From Neoechinorhynchus agilis (Eukaryota; Animalia; Acanthocephala): a stretch of DNA of 64,000 nt. Made by a program: the position numbers and the translations under genes. Shown here piece by piece: positions 1 through 12,752 of the stretch (within the stretch, counting starts at the first letter, position 1; every line of letters starts with the position of its first letter). The notes beneath the pieces are model-generated. The model was not told where the DNA came from and did not search any database. It was given only the letters and a program-made list of their open reading frames with translations. Where the stretch lies: NCBI GenBank assembly GCA_051530055.1, contig CM121341.1:17214784-17278783 (forward strand), in the 5' to 3' direction.

Positions 1-202
1 TGATTGCATATCCTAACGGATAATCACCTTTCCCATTGATCTCTGTCTCTAATATTTTCGGGTTTTTTTGTACAAGTCTACTGATTTCCGAAACATTTCC
101 CACATCAATCGCATTTCTCATCTTAGGTGCCATCTTTGCAAATGCCATTGATATCTGATCCTTTATGTTAATAAAGAACTCCTTAATTGGATTAGAGTTC
201 AT
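1..202 (-). CDS. Ankyrin-repeat-like protein, 5' part (runs off the left edge)
   Basis: Open frame from ATG at 202 to the edge: MNSNPIKEFF...AIDVGNVSEISRLVQKNPKILETEINGKGDYPLGYAI. The A..G....L....P......G..PL..A pattern resembles an ankyrin repeat. Absent from the ORF track because it has no stop in the window. Confidence 0.4.
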   Translation of the reverse strand, partial: MNSNPIKEFFINIKDQISMAFAKMAPKMRNAIDVGNVSEISRLVQKNPKILETEINGKGDYPLGYAI

Positions 203-796
203 TGTAATCGCCGGCTAGAGAAACACAGCTTCGTTTATTACTTCGTTCCTTAAGAGATATAGTTCTCACATTCGGTGGGTGATTCAGATGACGGTTAAAC
301 TACGTTTAAGTGAACCAGGAGTTGCGAAATGGTGAGTCACTTTGACAACACGTCTTCATTTGGTCCAAGGATGCGAGTTAATCTCTTATCGTCATCGATT
401 GATTAAAAAACACAGGCAATCTATTTTGAATAAAGGGAGACTAACTGTTTATTCAAATAGCATGATCCTGTATCGAATTGGTGCCATCAACAAAAAAATG
501 TTGTGCGTTATGTAGCAGTCATGCAAACATGAGAATCCTAAGAGCTATTTGGCGAGTGCAACTCGATAATGATCAGAGAGTTTTAGAAGCTCAGTTGTTG
601 AATCGAAGATATCTTTGCCCAGATGAACATACTACTTTTGATTTATTTCGGAGGAAAATGCTAGGATTAAAAGGGAACATAAATACCGTCTACTAAAATG
701 TGATCGCTAGGACATCGAACACTTTCAGAAACCATCGGGAGAAAATCCTTCGCTATGATATGGCTGCAGTCGTCACCACAACTACAACTTTCAGGA

Positions 797-1021
797 ACAT
801 TATCCGATATTGTACGTTGGCGAATCCTGTCCCCGGTGTTGTCGTTACTCATTTATTTATTTGAGAAATATTTCGCAAGGTTTTCCTTGCCTCTTCAGTC
901 GCTATTGTTTGCAAGTGTTTACGACGTTAAATAATTGAGTAACGACAACACCGGGGACAGGATTCGCCAACGTACAATCAAATTCACTCAGAGGACAATG
1001 ATATATGACATTATCCGATAT
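797..1021 (-). mobile_element. Non-autonomous Penelope-type pLTR/hammerhead mini-element with 14-bp flanking direct repeat
   Basis: ACATTATCCGATAT at 797-810 and 1008-1021; perfect 43-bp inverted repeat 809-851/936-978; hammerhead core in the loop; diverged partial copy at 42634-42722. Confidence 0.6.
863..902 (-). ncRNA. Minimal type I hammerhead ribozyme motif
   Basis: Minus strand reads CTGAAGA-G-GCAAGG-AAAA-CCTTGC-GAAA-TAT-T, with a 6-bp stem II and palindromic ATAT stem III. Stem I has a mismatch. Confidence 0.6.
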
Positions 1022-1154
1022 ATTTGGATCCAATTTCGTTACTCAGAATTAACGGGGAACTGAACCTCTTTTGTTTGTTTCACGAATAACTTTTAGTTTT
1101 GTGCAATGAGTCTAGTTTAGAAGTAGATGATGATTCCGGTTCTACGTGAATGCA

Positions 1155-1423
1155 AACAAACCGTGCTCCAGGGTAGATGTCTAGAACATTTAAAACCAAT
1201 ATTTGTAGCTTTTCAAGGTAACCGCGAAAGCCTCGGGTATTCCTATTTCATGAGTAGCTATGAATGGATCTGACGATATTATCGACCTTCCCGAATAGTC
1301 CACTCGCTTCCCCATTATGTTTTTCCCGATAAGACCTTCTTTTCTCTCCAAAAGACCACGAAGTCCCTTGTATGTATTAGCATTTCTTGTGATGGCGTAT
1401 CGAATATCGTAAAGTTGATCAAA
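1155..1423 (-). pseudogene. POLR1A: Fragment of RNA polymerase I largest subunit (RPA1)
   Basis: Minus frame reads GLRGLLERKEGLIGKNIMGKRVDYSGRSIISSDPFIATHEIGIPEAFAVTL, matching the RPA1 motif LEKKEGL..MMGKRV...RSVI.PD...EIG.P..FA..L. After a stop and frame shift comes DIYPGARFV (RPA1 GP..(H/W)PGA). About 18 intervening residues are missing and no other RPA1 exons were found nearby. Confidence 0.7.
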
Positions 1424-2171
1424 TCTACAGACGATATCTTAATGATGAAGAGTATTTTCTGAATGATGTATTGGTCTCAAATGCTAGCCTATTCAAAAAA
1501 GACTGAAATGTTAGATGGTGGTAATTTGAAGGCATTTTCTATAAATAAACGACGGGTACTTGAGAGACCCCGTCAAGATTTGTCTATTTATTGCTTAGAA
1601 TCCAGATCGGTCTATATAGATTATATATTTAAGTAAGGTATTTAATCCAAAAGATGGAAATGCCAACAAGAACGTCTTGATTATATACATCTTGACGTTA
1701 CAATATACGGGAATTTTCACTGATTGATGGATCGGTTGATCTAGGACAAACCAACAGCGTCTTATTCTTAATCGTAATTTTGATCCGCGAGCTTTGCATT
1801 TTATAAGAAGCATTTTAGAATATTTTAAGCGTTTTTTTCTGAAATCTTGAAAGACAAATAGTGTCTGTTTGGATATTCAGAATAATTTTTGACTCACGTT
1901 CTTGTGTTTATCTTCAAGAATAGTTCTTTAATTTCGTAATTGTGCAAACAAAGCTTTAACATGGTTCCGTTTTTCGAACAAGCTTCTACTTTTACGACGG
2001 TTATCTTTCAACGAACAAGTTTAGTTGATGAGATCCGCGATTCGGGAGCATGAGTACGCACAAGACGTTATTTGCCTCTTGGTTGTCGTATCAACAACCG
2101 ATTAACATCTTACACTAGCTCATAACGGAGTGTGCGCAGTAAAGATACATCAACGTTCAAATCGAAGAGCG

Positions 2172-5100
2172 ATGAAGAAGTCTGTAGCTCCCGATTCAAC
2201 TTTCTTGCAATGGAAACCGGTTTTTATCTACTCTTCTAACTTTCGCACAAAAACAATCTTTTAGGATTCAACATTAGTTACACCAGTATCCATCTCATTG
2301 GATCCTAAAAACTTCTTCATTATAGTCGATAATCTCATTACAAAATCGACGACTCTAGTGGATTTTGCCACCGTTAGGGATATAAGAACTGGAAAACAGG
2401 CATCCATTCCAACGGTCAGTGATCACTCTTTCCCTTGGCTCTAACGGATCATTCTTTGTTGGTTAGGATGCACGGGTTAGGAGTGCATGCGGACCTGATG
2501 GAATCAATATCGAACAACAAACCATTTCCATCTGGCACGGAGCTAAATTTATCAAACCGGATCTTACAATCACGAACCTGGTCGCAAGTAGTGACCTGGT
2601 TGCCATTCGGTGGTTTAATAAATTAAAAAAGATCATCGATACTAAAGACAGTGGTCTCTCAGTTCTTGAACTTTTGCAGAAATTGCACATTAATCTTTTG
2701 TACGGATTGAGAGAGTCGAATAACGAAGATGAATGGCGGATTTCTGTTAGCGTGATTTTGCGTAACCTCGGAACGAATTGATTTGCTTTCCCGAAAATGC
2801 ACCATATTTGCCTTTGGTACTTGATAAGAAATTGTAGCCGTAAATAGGACAAAAATTGTCAGAAAAAATTTTTTTTCGGAAATTCACATGTAAATTAATA
2901 TCTTCTTTTTAGCCGGAAGGAAACCAAAATGAGTTATGCGCCCGAGATTTAAGTTTTCCCTTGATATAGTGAATATGTCATACCTAACTAAAACTATGAC
3001 TAAGCAAATATCGAATAAAAAATTAAAGAATATTCTATAAGTTACGCAAAATTATTTTAAACGACTTGTAGCTGCATTGGGAAAAGGCCGAGAAGAGCCA
3101 GTTGAGGAACTTTTGAAAAGCCTAAAAGCATCTGGATTTTCAAACGATCTGAACGAGTACATCGACGCATCGGAATTTACATTTGATGCATTTAACAATG
3201 TTTGTTCAAATCTTTTTGTCCGAAGTGATATTTTAAGCATTTTCAAATCCATGTAAGCATCTACTATATTCAATTTAAACAAATATCGTCCAATTTCAGG
3301 GGTTCATTCACAAGCGATCGAGTCGAGGGCAAAGTGTCCTTGCCAGTGATAGATACCAAGACGTTCGCTGCTCACCTAAAATCCAGGTTCACATTAGAAT
3401 GTCTAGATGAATCAATCCATCCTGCACCAACGAAACTATGTGCTCTTAGCATCATTAATGAGTTTGAACGGAATTCAGTATTGCTTCAGCGAGGTCAAAT
3501 GTCGATCGACGCTTTTACGTTATACTCAATGAGCAAATATAATCGAGCAAATTATGAGCTGCAGGATAAAACAGCGATGAACGATGGATCAGGCTTGCAT
3601 CCTAATCTTGCAATTATGGATTTCACAAAACCGTTGACAGATTATTTTATAAACTCATCTCACAATACGTATCTCACAGGTAAGTTAAAAAATAGGTTTT
3701 ATCAGTGAATTCTCATTCTGCCTTCATGTCCAATAATTCCATTTTTGATATTGTACTTTTTCCAATAGGTTTTTAATTCTCTTCTAAAAATTACAGGGCA
3801 TCAATTGAGAGGCCAAGCGAGTATTGAAATGTACCGTCAATGTCTTTTATCTGGCTGCAGATGCGTTGAACTTGATTGTTGGGACAGTAGATCCGGAAAA
3901 CCGATCATATGGCACGGAAATACGTTCGTAAAACCTGTTTCATTTTATGCAGTTATCGATGCAATTGCTGAGTCCGCCTTTAAAACTTCTCCGCTACCAG
4001 TTATTCTTTCCTTTGAAAATCACTGCAGGTGAGGAAAGTGAATTTCCTGTACTTTATCAACGCTTTTAAAATTTAGTTCTAGTGCTCAAGCAAAAATGTC
4101 TAGCTACATTAAGAAGCGATTTGGCGATATGCTTTTAAGTGAACCTTTAGATCATGAATTCTACAAATGAAATCTACGATTGGTAAAATTCATGTCACAG
4201 AGTCTCATCCACTGATACCGGGTACCTCGGTTCCGTCTCCTTGGGATTTGCGATACAAAATAATCGTGAAAAATAAAAAGACGACCGAGATGAAGGTGCA
4301 ATTGTCGCCACCTTTGTCTTCATCTGATCAAAGCAAGAAGGAACTAGAAGACAAACCCGCGATTGGTAAATAATTTGTTCCGATTGGGCGTTTTTCGACG
4401 ATTCTAGAAAACTCAAGAAATTTCCTTAAGAAATTTTATCCCAGCATAGTATTAAAGGGCCTCCCAGAAACCCAGCTAAATTTTCATGCTTTTCTACTAA
4501 CCGATCCTTCATATTACACAGAGGAAGAAGATATTGATTTTATCGAATCGCCGCAACCATTAAATCAGGAGGTAGTCGCAAAAGTCGACATCGATGACGA
4601 GGAGCCAATAAACGTGCCTACGAAAGCTGAACTAATGGATATCGATGGATTTATTGCAATGTCCCATCTTGTGAATTACGTAACTGCTATTAAATTCTCC
4701 AAATTCACAGACCATGAAGGTATTTCTTTCTTTAAATGAAACTGGACTAAAGTCCGAATGAAGACAAAGACGTGTCATATGAATGTTGCTCGTTCAACGA
4801 AACAAAAGGATTGGAGTATGTTCAGCTGGATGCAATGGAATTTGTACGGTTTGTTTTCGGTACACCCTTATTCCTCTCGAATCTAACCCATTAGCTACAA
4901 TTGTCGTCAATTCAGCCGAATATATCCGAAAGGTCAAAGAATAGATTCCACAAATTATGACCCTTTTGTAAGTTAAATTTCTATTTTGTATGTTTCGCTG
5001 AATTTTTTTGCGATCAGCTCTTTTGGCAGGTCGGATGCCAAATGGTTTCGCTCAATTTTCAAACGCTGGGTACAACAAATCTTTGCTTTTTTATTTCTGC

Positions 5101-7553
5101 GACTTTGAATAGATTTGGCAATGGTTTTAAATTTATCACTCTTTGAAGCATCTAATCGATTGGGTTATATTCTAAAGCCATCACCGCTTAGAAATACAAA
5201 TAGTCGATATTCCAACAGAACTTTTGATCCATTCACAGCAAGTTCGATTGAAGGCGTGATTGCATCTCAAGTGGCAACCAATGTTATATCGTGCCAGATT
5301 TTGACAACCGACCCGGTGTTTCAAATCCCAGCATATTGTGACGTTCAATTCTTCGGATTACCAGCTGATACAAGTAGAAGCCCAGACAGATTTAAAGTCA
5401 GTTGGTCAAATGGCTTTCAGACTTTGTTCCACGAGTCACCTGAAAGTCTTACTAGTAGCGAAATCAAGAAGGTAATGGATTTTTCGAAAGCTTTTATAAG
5501 CCTAAATACGTATAGATAATACTCCCTGATCTTGCTATGGTTCGCTTCTGTCTTTACGATATTGCCGACCGCGTGATTGGTCAATATATAAGCCCATTGA
5601 AGCTCCTTAGACCAGGTCATCACTATCTTCCACTGAGAAACGAGTGCTGCAATCAAATGGTGTTCGCTGCATTATTCGTAAAACTCGACATCAGTGATTT
5701 TGTACCAGCGAAAATGGAAGGTTCGCAATCGTGATCATATTTTGCACTCAAATTTTTTATTTTACAGAAGTTATATTTGCTCTCAGTCAACCAATGACAT
5801 TTATCCCACAAAAACAACGTCAAGATCTCCAGCCAAAGAAGGTCAAAGTGGATGAAGACGAGAGTTTAAATGATTTTGAGCATAAAAATAGCACTAAATT
5901 CAGTATAAAAAACTCACAAGGCGCTTCAACTGCATCAAGCCCTTCTGATCCAAGCCAATTATGGCAATCGCTTAATTTCTGCGCGAATAGCCTCCTACAA
6001 GACCCAACTCTCGTTCGGGCAGTGAATATACAATTGCTCAAACGAGACAAATCAGTGAAAATCTTTTTATCGGTCATTGATAAGAAATTCAGGATGACTG
6101 ACGAATACGAGTTGTGGGCACAACAGACTGGCTGTGACAAATTGGGATTTGGATCATGGGTTGATATGACGAAACTCTATTTTTTGGTTGAAGATCAGCT
6201 TACGAGATCAGTCATTGCTTCCTCGCCAATAATCAAGGTGAACAGTTTTAATCATTAACTCGTTTAATGAACGTTTCTCAAGTTGACAAAAGCGAAAAGT
6301 CTATTTACAAGACGAAAAAACGTGAATCATGGCGGTGTAGTCACTTGCTTAAATATGGAAAGCCGAATTGCGATTTGCGAACAGGTATATATTTTTAAAC
6401 TAACGCAAAGAACTAATTTTTAATCAAATTTAACCATTAGCTTTTTAACTTTTAGTTTTAACCCTGTAACGGCTTTAAGAATCGTTTGAAACAATCAAAA
6501 AACTGAGTTCTCGTTTAATTTCTTTAAACAATTATCCAGCCCTTTTGAAGATTGAACTGTTCATATTTGCAGAGGAAATTACAAGACTCCTGTGCAAAAG
6601 AACCTTGATAAAGGAACATTATTCCCATTTTTCGTCATAACAAAACATTTATCCAGTTGAAAGCAGATGTACCTCCGTTCCCATTGGAACTTTAATAAAT
6701 TGGAAAAATGGGCTGTATGAAATTTATATAATTAATATTTATTTTAGTTTAAAAAGGCCAATTGTATTTGGTTTAATTTTTTGGCTAGTAGCAATGTCGA
6801 TGTTAATTACGGAGTGAAATGGGAAATTGAATAGCAATGCTTTCATTAAATATTTATAAAGAAAAATTTAAATATATTTAATTGCAGTTGATATTATTAG
6901 ATATAAATTTTCTATGCTTTTAAATTCGGAGAGTTCATTAGCGTATGTAAGCCATAAACAAATTTTTATTTTACCGTTTCGAAACTATAAACGCTAAAAT
7001 GCGACATCATCAGCATCTCTTCTGAGTAGTACTACAAAACAATCAGTAAACTACTGGAAGTTCGCAACGAATATTGCATTAGTACAATTGGCAAGATTCT
7101 TCAAAAGTAAGCTAACTTATTGTTCGATTTGCTTCTGACCGATCTGCTAGGGAGAAAAAGATTATAAAGCAACGGATGCTTACTTTAAAGCAGCAACAGG
7201 AAGCAATCTCTCGGTCATCAACGCAGCCATATAAAAAGCACTTGGCTTTGCTGCGGAAAAAATCAATAGAGATAATAATACGAGAGTATCAAAAGGTTAA
7301 TCTCTTATTATCTTTCTCAATAAGTTTCATGAAGTCTGAAAAAAGCTAGAAAAAGTTAAAGAAAAAGTGCTTGCTGCTTTGGCGGAAAACACCGATCTGA
7401 ATAAAATACTAATCGAACGAGAAAAGCAGCAGGTTTAGACTCCTTATACGACTAATTTTTTCACTCATTCTGATCATCAAGGTTGTCGATAGTATTCGTT
7501 CGGAATCTCATGTCGGATCAACAGAACCGTGTGGTCCATACACTGAATTTTAA
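2172..7553 (+). CDS. PLCB: Phospholipase C beta (multi-exon)
   Basis: PH ([18 protein letters not shown]), EF region, X box ([35 protein letters not shown]), Y box ([25 protein letters not shown]), C2 and coiled-coil tail exons ending TAA at 7551-7553. Start codon and several C-terminal exons are uncertain. Confidence 0.92.
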
Positions 7554-7816
7554 GCGTTTAAAATAAATCGAACTTGATCGATTCCATGTTTGTCTGTTTG
7601 ACATCGCGTGTAGCTTATAGTCGAAACTAATTAAACGAGGCTTAGTCTCGTTTGACTGACTATTATTTTTCAACCTATTGCTCCTATCAACATTGATCTC
7701 GAAAACAACTTCAATGTAGATAAATACGTAGGGTTTTGCTCATAGCCAAATAATTCAAATTTCAGTTGCTCGCTTTATAGTACATTTATCAAGGGTTCTC
7801 AAAACGCTGCCAAGAA

Positions 7817-10086
7817 ATGGATAAAGATATGAAAAGATCTATGAATAAAGGTAAGCTCAGCGATTGATCGTATATTTTTGGATGTGAAATTGTCACAAAT
7901 AATGACGATTCCAAATTACAAACATCAATTCTCACCGTTTAACAGCTTTTGTGCGTCTATTTAAAGTGCAGGGCACGCTGAGCCGCTGTTCGCGTTACTG
8001 AATCTTTTTGAGATCATGCCAAAGGCTATTTAATGAGCGATGTGCATATTCGATTTTAAGACTAATAACTACCGGATCTCTAATCTTTCTTCGCAATGTT
8101 AAGCTAAAGAACGGAAATCAAAAGCAGGATTTATTCAACTAATTTTCAGTACCCGATTTCTCATGACGATTCTGGTAATGCTCGGAGTATTCTGCCAATA
8201 TGCAGCCAAATTGGACTTAAGCGTCAACATAGTCTTTATGGTAACCGATCACAATACATCTTCAAATGATACAAATCTTGATTGGTCCCACAGCATGCAA
8301 CAAAACCTGCTAGCAGCATTCTTTTACGGTTACCTGATATCGGAAATTCCGGGTGGAATGATGGCACAAAGGTTCGGATCTAAATGGACAATGGCGTTTG
8401 GAATTGGTCTAAGCTCGATTTGTGCATGGCTATATGGAACTGCAGCTGAATTTAGTTTTGTATTTATGTTCGCTTCAAGAGTCCTTGTCGGTTTCGGATC
8501 GGTAAGTGTTTTCACGAGATCTACAACTAATTTTTATGAAGGGTGTGATATTGCCATCCGTATCGAATGTATGGACTTCTTGGGCGCCACAATCAGAGCG
8601 TAGTTTCCTTATATCCATGGCTACTTCAGGTATAAAAGGACCGTAATAAGCTTATAGGTATCGTTTGAGACTAGGTGCCCATCTTGCGCCAATTGTAATT
8701 TTCAATATCGGGGGCTATTTAGAAGAACATGGATTCACTAGTGTAAAGTGGAAATCCCTATTTTATGTCGTCGGTAAGTATTCAACACAATGTTCGTTTC
8801 TTAAAATGGTCTAACTTAATTGTAGCCATAATGGAAACAATTTGGCTGGTATTATGGTTTATTTTATTTGCTGATAGTCCTAGAAAATCAAGGATAATTT
8901 CCCAAGAGGAAATCAGATACATTGAAGAAAATATTGAGACTGGACCAATCACTAAGCATGATCTGGTATTCTGAAGAATCGCATCCATTTTCTATAATGT
9001 CGTGTTTTAAGAATGCTCCTTGGAAATCAATATTTACGTCGAGGGCGTGTATAGCATTATTTCTGTGCCATACATGCGCCAATTGGGCTTTCTATACTCT
9101 ATTAGTCGAAGCTCCTACTTTTTTTAAGAAGACCTTCAACCCTGACGCTCAAGAGGTATGTATTTTAAAGAATATCGCACAAGTACTAAACGACGGGAGT
9201 GCTAGAACGCTGATTCTTAAAGAATTTACCAGCTTAAAATCCGCCAATCAAAAACATAACTTTAGGATACTTTGGGTAAATCGATTTTTATACCTGATAA
9301 AAGATAATCGCATATTTGAAACGTTCGCAACAGTAAAGATTTCTTTATTCTAAAAAATCTAACCACATTAAAGGGTTAATTTCTTTGGCAGATTAAATTT
9401 ATAAAAGAAACTTAACTCCAAGTCATCGTCCTTAACTTTATAGACCTCATTATTTTCCTCACTTCCATACGTTGTGATATTAATATCGACGACGATCTCA
9501 AGTTTCCTGGCTGATTATCTTCTAAAGCGACGAATAGTCACCAGTCGTACATTGATTCGAAAAGTAGCTGTTGGCCTTGGCACATTCTTACCTGGAGCAT
9601 TTCTTATTGGACTGGCACTTAGTGTTCACTCACAAAGCGCATCGGTGGCCTGTCTAACTCTCGGTCAAGGATTATTGTAAGTATATGATGATTTTAAAAA
9701 ACACGACATAATAAAAAAATAAATAAAGTGGAATAGCGTGGGGCGCAGGTCACATGTGCAATGCAAATGACTTGGCGCCAGTTCATGCCGGAATTGTATT
9801 TGGAATTTCAAATACCTTGGCTACTATTCCAGGGGTTATCACTCCTTATGTGACTCATGCTTTGATTGGAGATAATGTAAGGAGTGTGCTTAAATCTACC
9901 AATGTACATCATTGATCTTTTTAGAACTCATTGAAAGGATGGCAAATCGTGTTTGGCATATCTTCAGTATTCATGTTCTTAGCTGGTACTGTATTCGTTG
10001 GATTTGGATCTGGAATGGCTCAAGAGTGGGATAGCGATTCAGAGAGACAGCATCACATAAGAGGATCCATTTGTTCTTTTCATTAA
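7817..10086 (+). CDS. SLC17-family (sialin/VGLUT-like) MFS anion transporter
   Basis: Spliced through canonical GT-AG introns: KLDLSVNIVFM, AFFYGYLISEIPGG, WAPQSERS, DSPRKSRIISQEEIRYI, APWKSIFTS, NDLAPVHAGIVFGISNTLATIPG, WQIVF. Confidence 0.9.
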
Positions 10087-10784
10087 ATATCATATGATTC
10101 AATTATGAAGGTTTAATAAGAGATTTTTAGTTTGAGAACCTATCAAAAATCTGGTTGTAATTTTCACATTTCAAAATTGAACACAAAAATTTTAATTTGT
10201 AATTGCCGGTGGTAAAAAACAAAGAATTTCTTGCAACCTTTCGTTTCATAGTGCAAGACTTAGAAAAAGGAGAGAATGTCTGTTTGACTATACTTCCTTT
10301 TTGGGCATGGACTTTTCCATGTGATTTTGTAGCTCTTTAGTCTTACCATAGTTCGATTTACAGCAAAGTAGATAATTGCGGCAGAGGTAAATTCTGATAT
10401 AAGTTTAAAAAAGCAGACCACTGGGGAAGATGTATCACAGAGTGAGATGCCGCTGAAAATAAAGTGCCTTCAAATCGCAATCTTTAAGATGGGTTGGCAA
10501 TGATTTTGCCCTCGGATAGCGTCTAAAATTCGTAAGTTGAATACGCGACCTTACCTCTTAGACTCCTAAGTTAATTTGTGCGTTTTAGATGTTTTATCTC
10601 GTTCGAAGCATAACAACCCATCGCCACGTAGGGACTAGAGTTTGTAGATTTAGCCATTGTAAATTTCATATTTTTTAACTTGTTTTGCCTACCGTTACTA
10701 ACAATCCACACTAGCGCTCCCGAGTTACAGCGTCCTCTCACTTATCATATATACACACCGAAACGACGAGGAGTAAAACTTAAA

Positions 10785-12096
10785 ATGGATCTCTTCAATT
10801 ATAATGGGTGCTTAGAGTTTAACATGCAAGACCGTTCTAATAACAGTATGCGAATTGGTCAGTTAGCTTTTTATGATTGGTCACTTTAGATTACGCAACA
10901 AAACCGGAGATGATGGAACCTAATTCAGTAGTTCTGCGGGTGTTAGAAAGCGACGAAATAGAGCCTAAAATGGATGAACCGAATAGCCCTGGGGAGGCAG
11001 GTAATCATAGCTTGTTAAAGAGCATTAATAGCGAATTCTATTCGAGTTTTAAAAGATTTTGAAAGTACATTAGACCTTTCAGTAGATCAATAAAATGGTG
11101 AAATATGTTTAAACTTAGTTCGTGGTTTAAGTTCATATTCATGGCGCTTTACGACACTAGGGAACGTAAATCAACTTGGAGGTCACTTCGTGAATGGACG
11201 ACCACTTCCAATTGACCTGAGAAAAAAAATAGTCGCCCTGGCTAATTGTGGATCTCGGGCATGTGACATATCTCGGAAACTAAGAGTCAGCCATGGCTGC
11301 GTAAGCAAGATCCTTACGAGGTATTAACTTTAAACTTTCAGAACAAAGAAGCGTCAACTCCTGCTCTTCAAGGTTCAATAATACTGGGTCGTATTTTCCC
11401 GGTACTATAGGTGGATCGAAACCTAAAGTAGCCACATCAGAGGTCGTTAAAGCAGTCACGGATTACAAGCTAAATGAACGTCAGATATACGCATGGGAGA
11501 TTAAAGAGAAACTGGTTCAAGATGGACACTGTACAAATGAAAACGTTCCAAGTATCAGTTCGATTAACAGAATCCTTCGGTGTAATTCCCTGACTAAGAG
11601 TTACCGGGCGCGACACACGGAAGCGAAGATAAAACGGCACAAAAACATGACCGATTCAGACAATATAAAAACTGTTAATGAATGTGAACCAGGCAATAGA
11701 AACGGAATTCAAGTGTTATCTGAACACTTTCACCGAAATCCGTACGCTGATTTCAGCCTATTAAGTGAACTACATTCTTTAACTGGAATACCGGAATCCG
11801 AAATACGGCGATTTTTTCGTGCTGCTCGTGAGACATGGCAACAAACGGGAGTATCAGGGATACAAACTGAAGCCGCATATCCCGGCTATTCAAGTGCAGG
11901 GGAAAGGGACCAAACTAGATACGAAAATCAAGTGATGTCTCCAATAACTGCAATGACGCTTCAATCCGAGCGATGGTTAAACAATCAAATGTCACTTTCT
12001 TCGCGTTCATCCAGTTTTGGCATTAGCGAGTCCATTTCATCTATGGCGAAAATGGATGAGGGACCTATACCTGACTGGCATCAGCAGTCAAAATGA
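10785..12096 (+). CDS. Pax transcription factor: paired domain plus degenerate homeodomain
   Basis: Paired domain [17 protein letters not shown]...[11 protein letters not shown]|FNNTG...GGSKPKVAT...AWEIK...[12 protein letters not shown], with an intron in SKILTR|F. A homeodomain-spaced segment follows in frame at about 11671-11850. Exon phases are consistent from ATG 10785. Confidence 0.88.
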
Positions 12097-12752
12097 ATGA
12101 TCGATGAAAAAACCCTATTAATATTGAAAATGTTGAGTAATCATCAAGCCGGGTAGCTTTTACAAGGTTTTAAGTTTTCATTTTCCGATCAACTCGTCAA
12201 AATGCTTTTTCTCGCCCATCAAATTGAAAAATAATAAAGCACTAGAGATTTATTTTTCGAAGAACATTGAACATTACACAAATTGATATATTCGCCAATA
12301 TTAAATATTTGGTGCTCAATAAATAGATCGGAAGATGATTCTTAAAATTGAATCGCGATCTGCACGACTTAACGATTCATAATAGTAACAAAGATCAACT
12401 TTGGAATGATTGCTAAATCCAATAGCTCATGCGTCCGCGAGATATGGAGAGTTCAATGTGACGTGAAGGTAGAAACCTGAGACAATGAACTCGGACTACC
12501 AGGATGTTCCATACTCTTAAACCTATTTGAGTTGACTGAAATAACAAGATTTTTAAAGCTTAAAAAATGTGGCATGGCTAATGCTAGGTTGGAATATGAT
12601 TTGATGGTTAAGCAAAAGTTCAGCGATTGAAGAGTTATATTTCGAGTGCAAAATTAGTTATTTTTGAAAGATCTTAATTTCTTGTTAATCTTTATTCGAA
12701 TAGAAGGTCAGTACAAAGTTGTTCGGTAAATCTTCATGCGTTCAACAGAATG

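Noticed and set aside
797-1423. RPA1 fragment transduced by the adjacent hammerhead element
   Set aside because: The element's 14-bp TSD closes at 1021 and excludes the RPA1 segment.
2740-3045. Possible non-canonical PLC intron bounded by a GTTA direct repeat
   Set aside because: A canonical solution exists through a small exon starting after TTTTTTAG near 2912, so it is not counted as evidence.
7296-7345. In-frame TGA inside an apparent PLC-beta tail exon (stop readthrough or recoded genetic code)
   Set aside because: An AAG acceptor at 7345 gives a typical 50-nt GT-AG intron that removes the TGA. TGA ends RPS10 and the IF normally.
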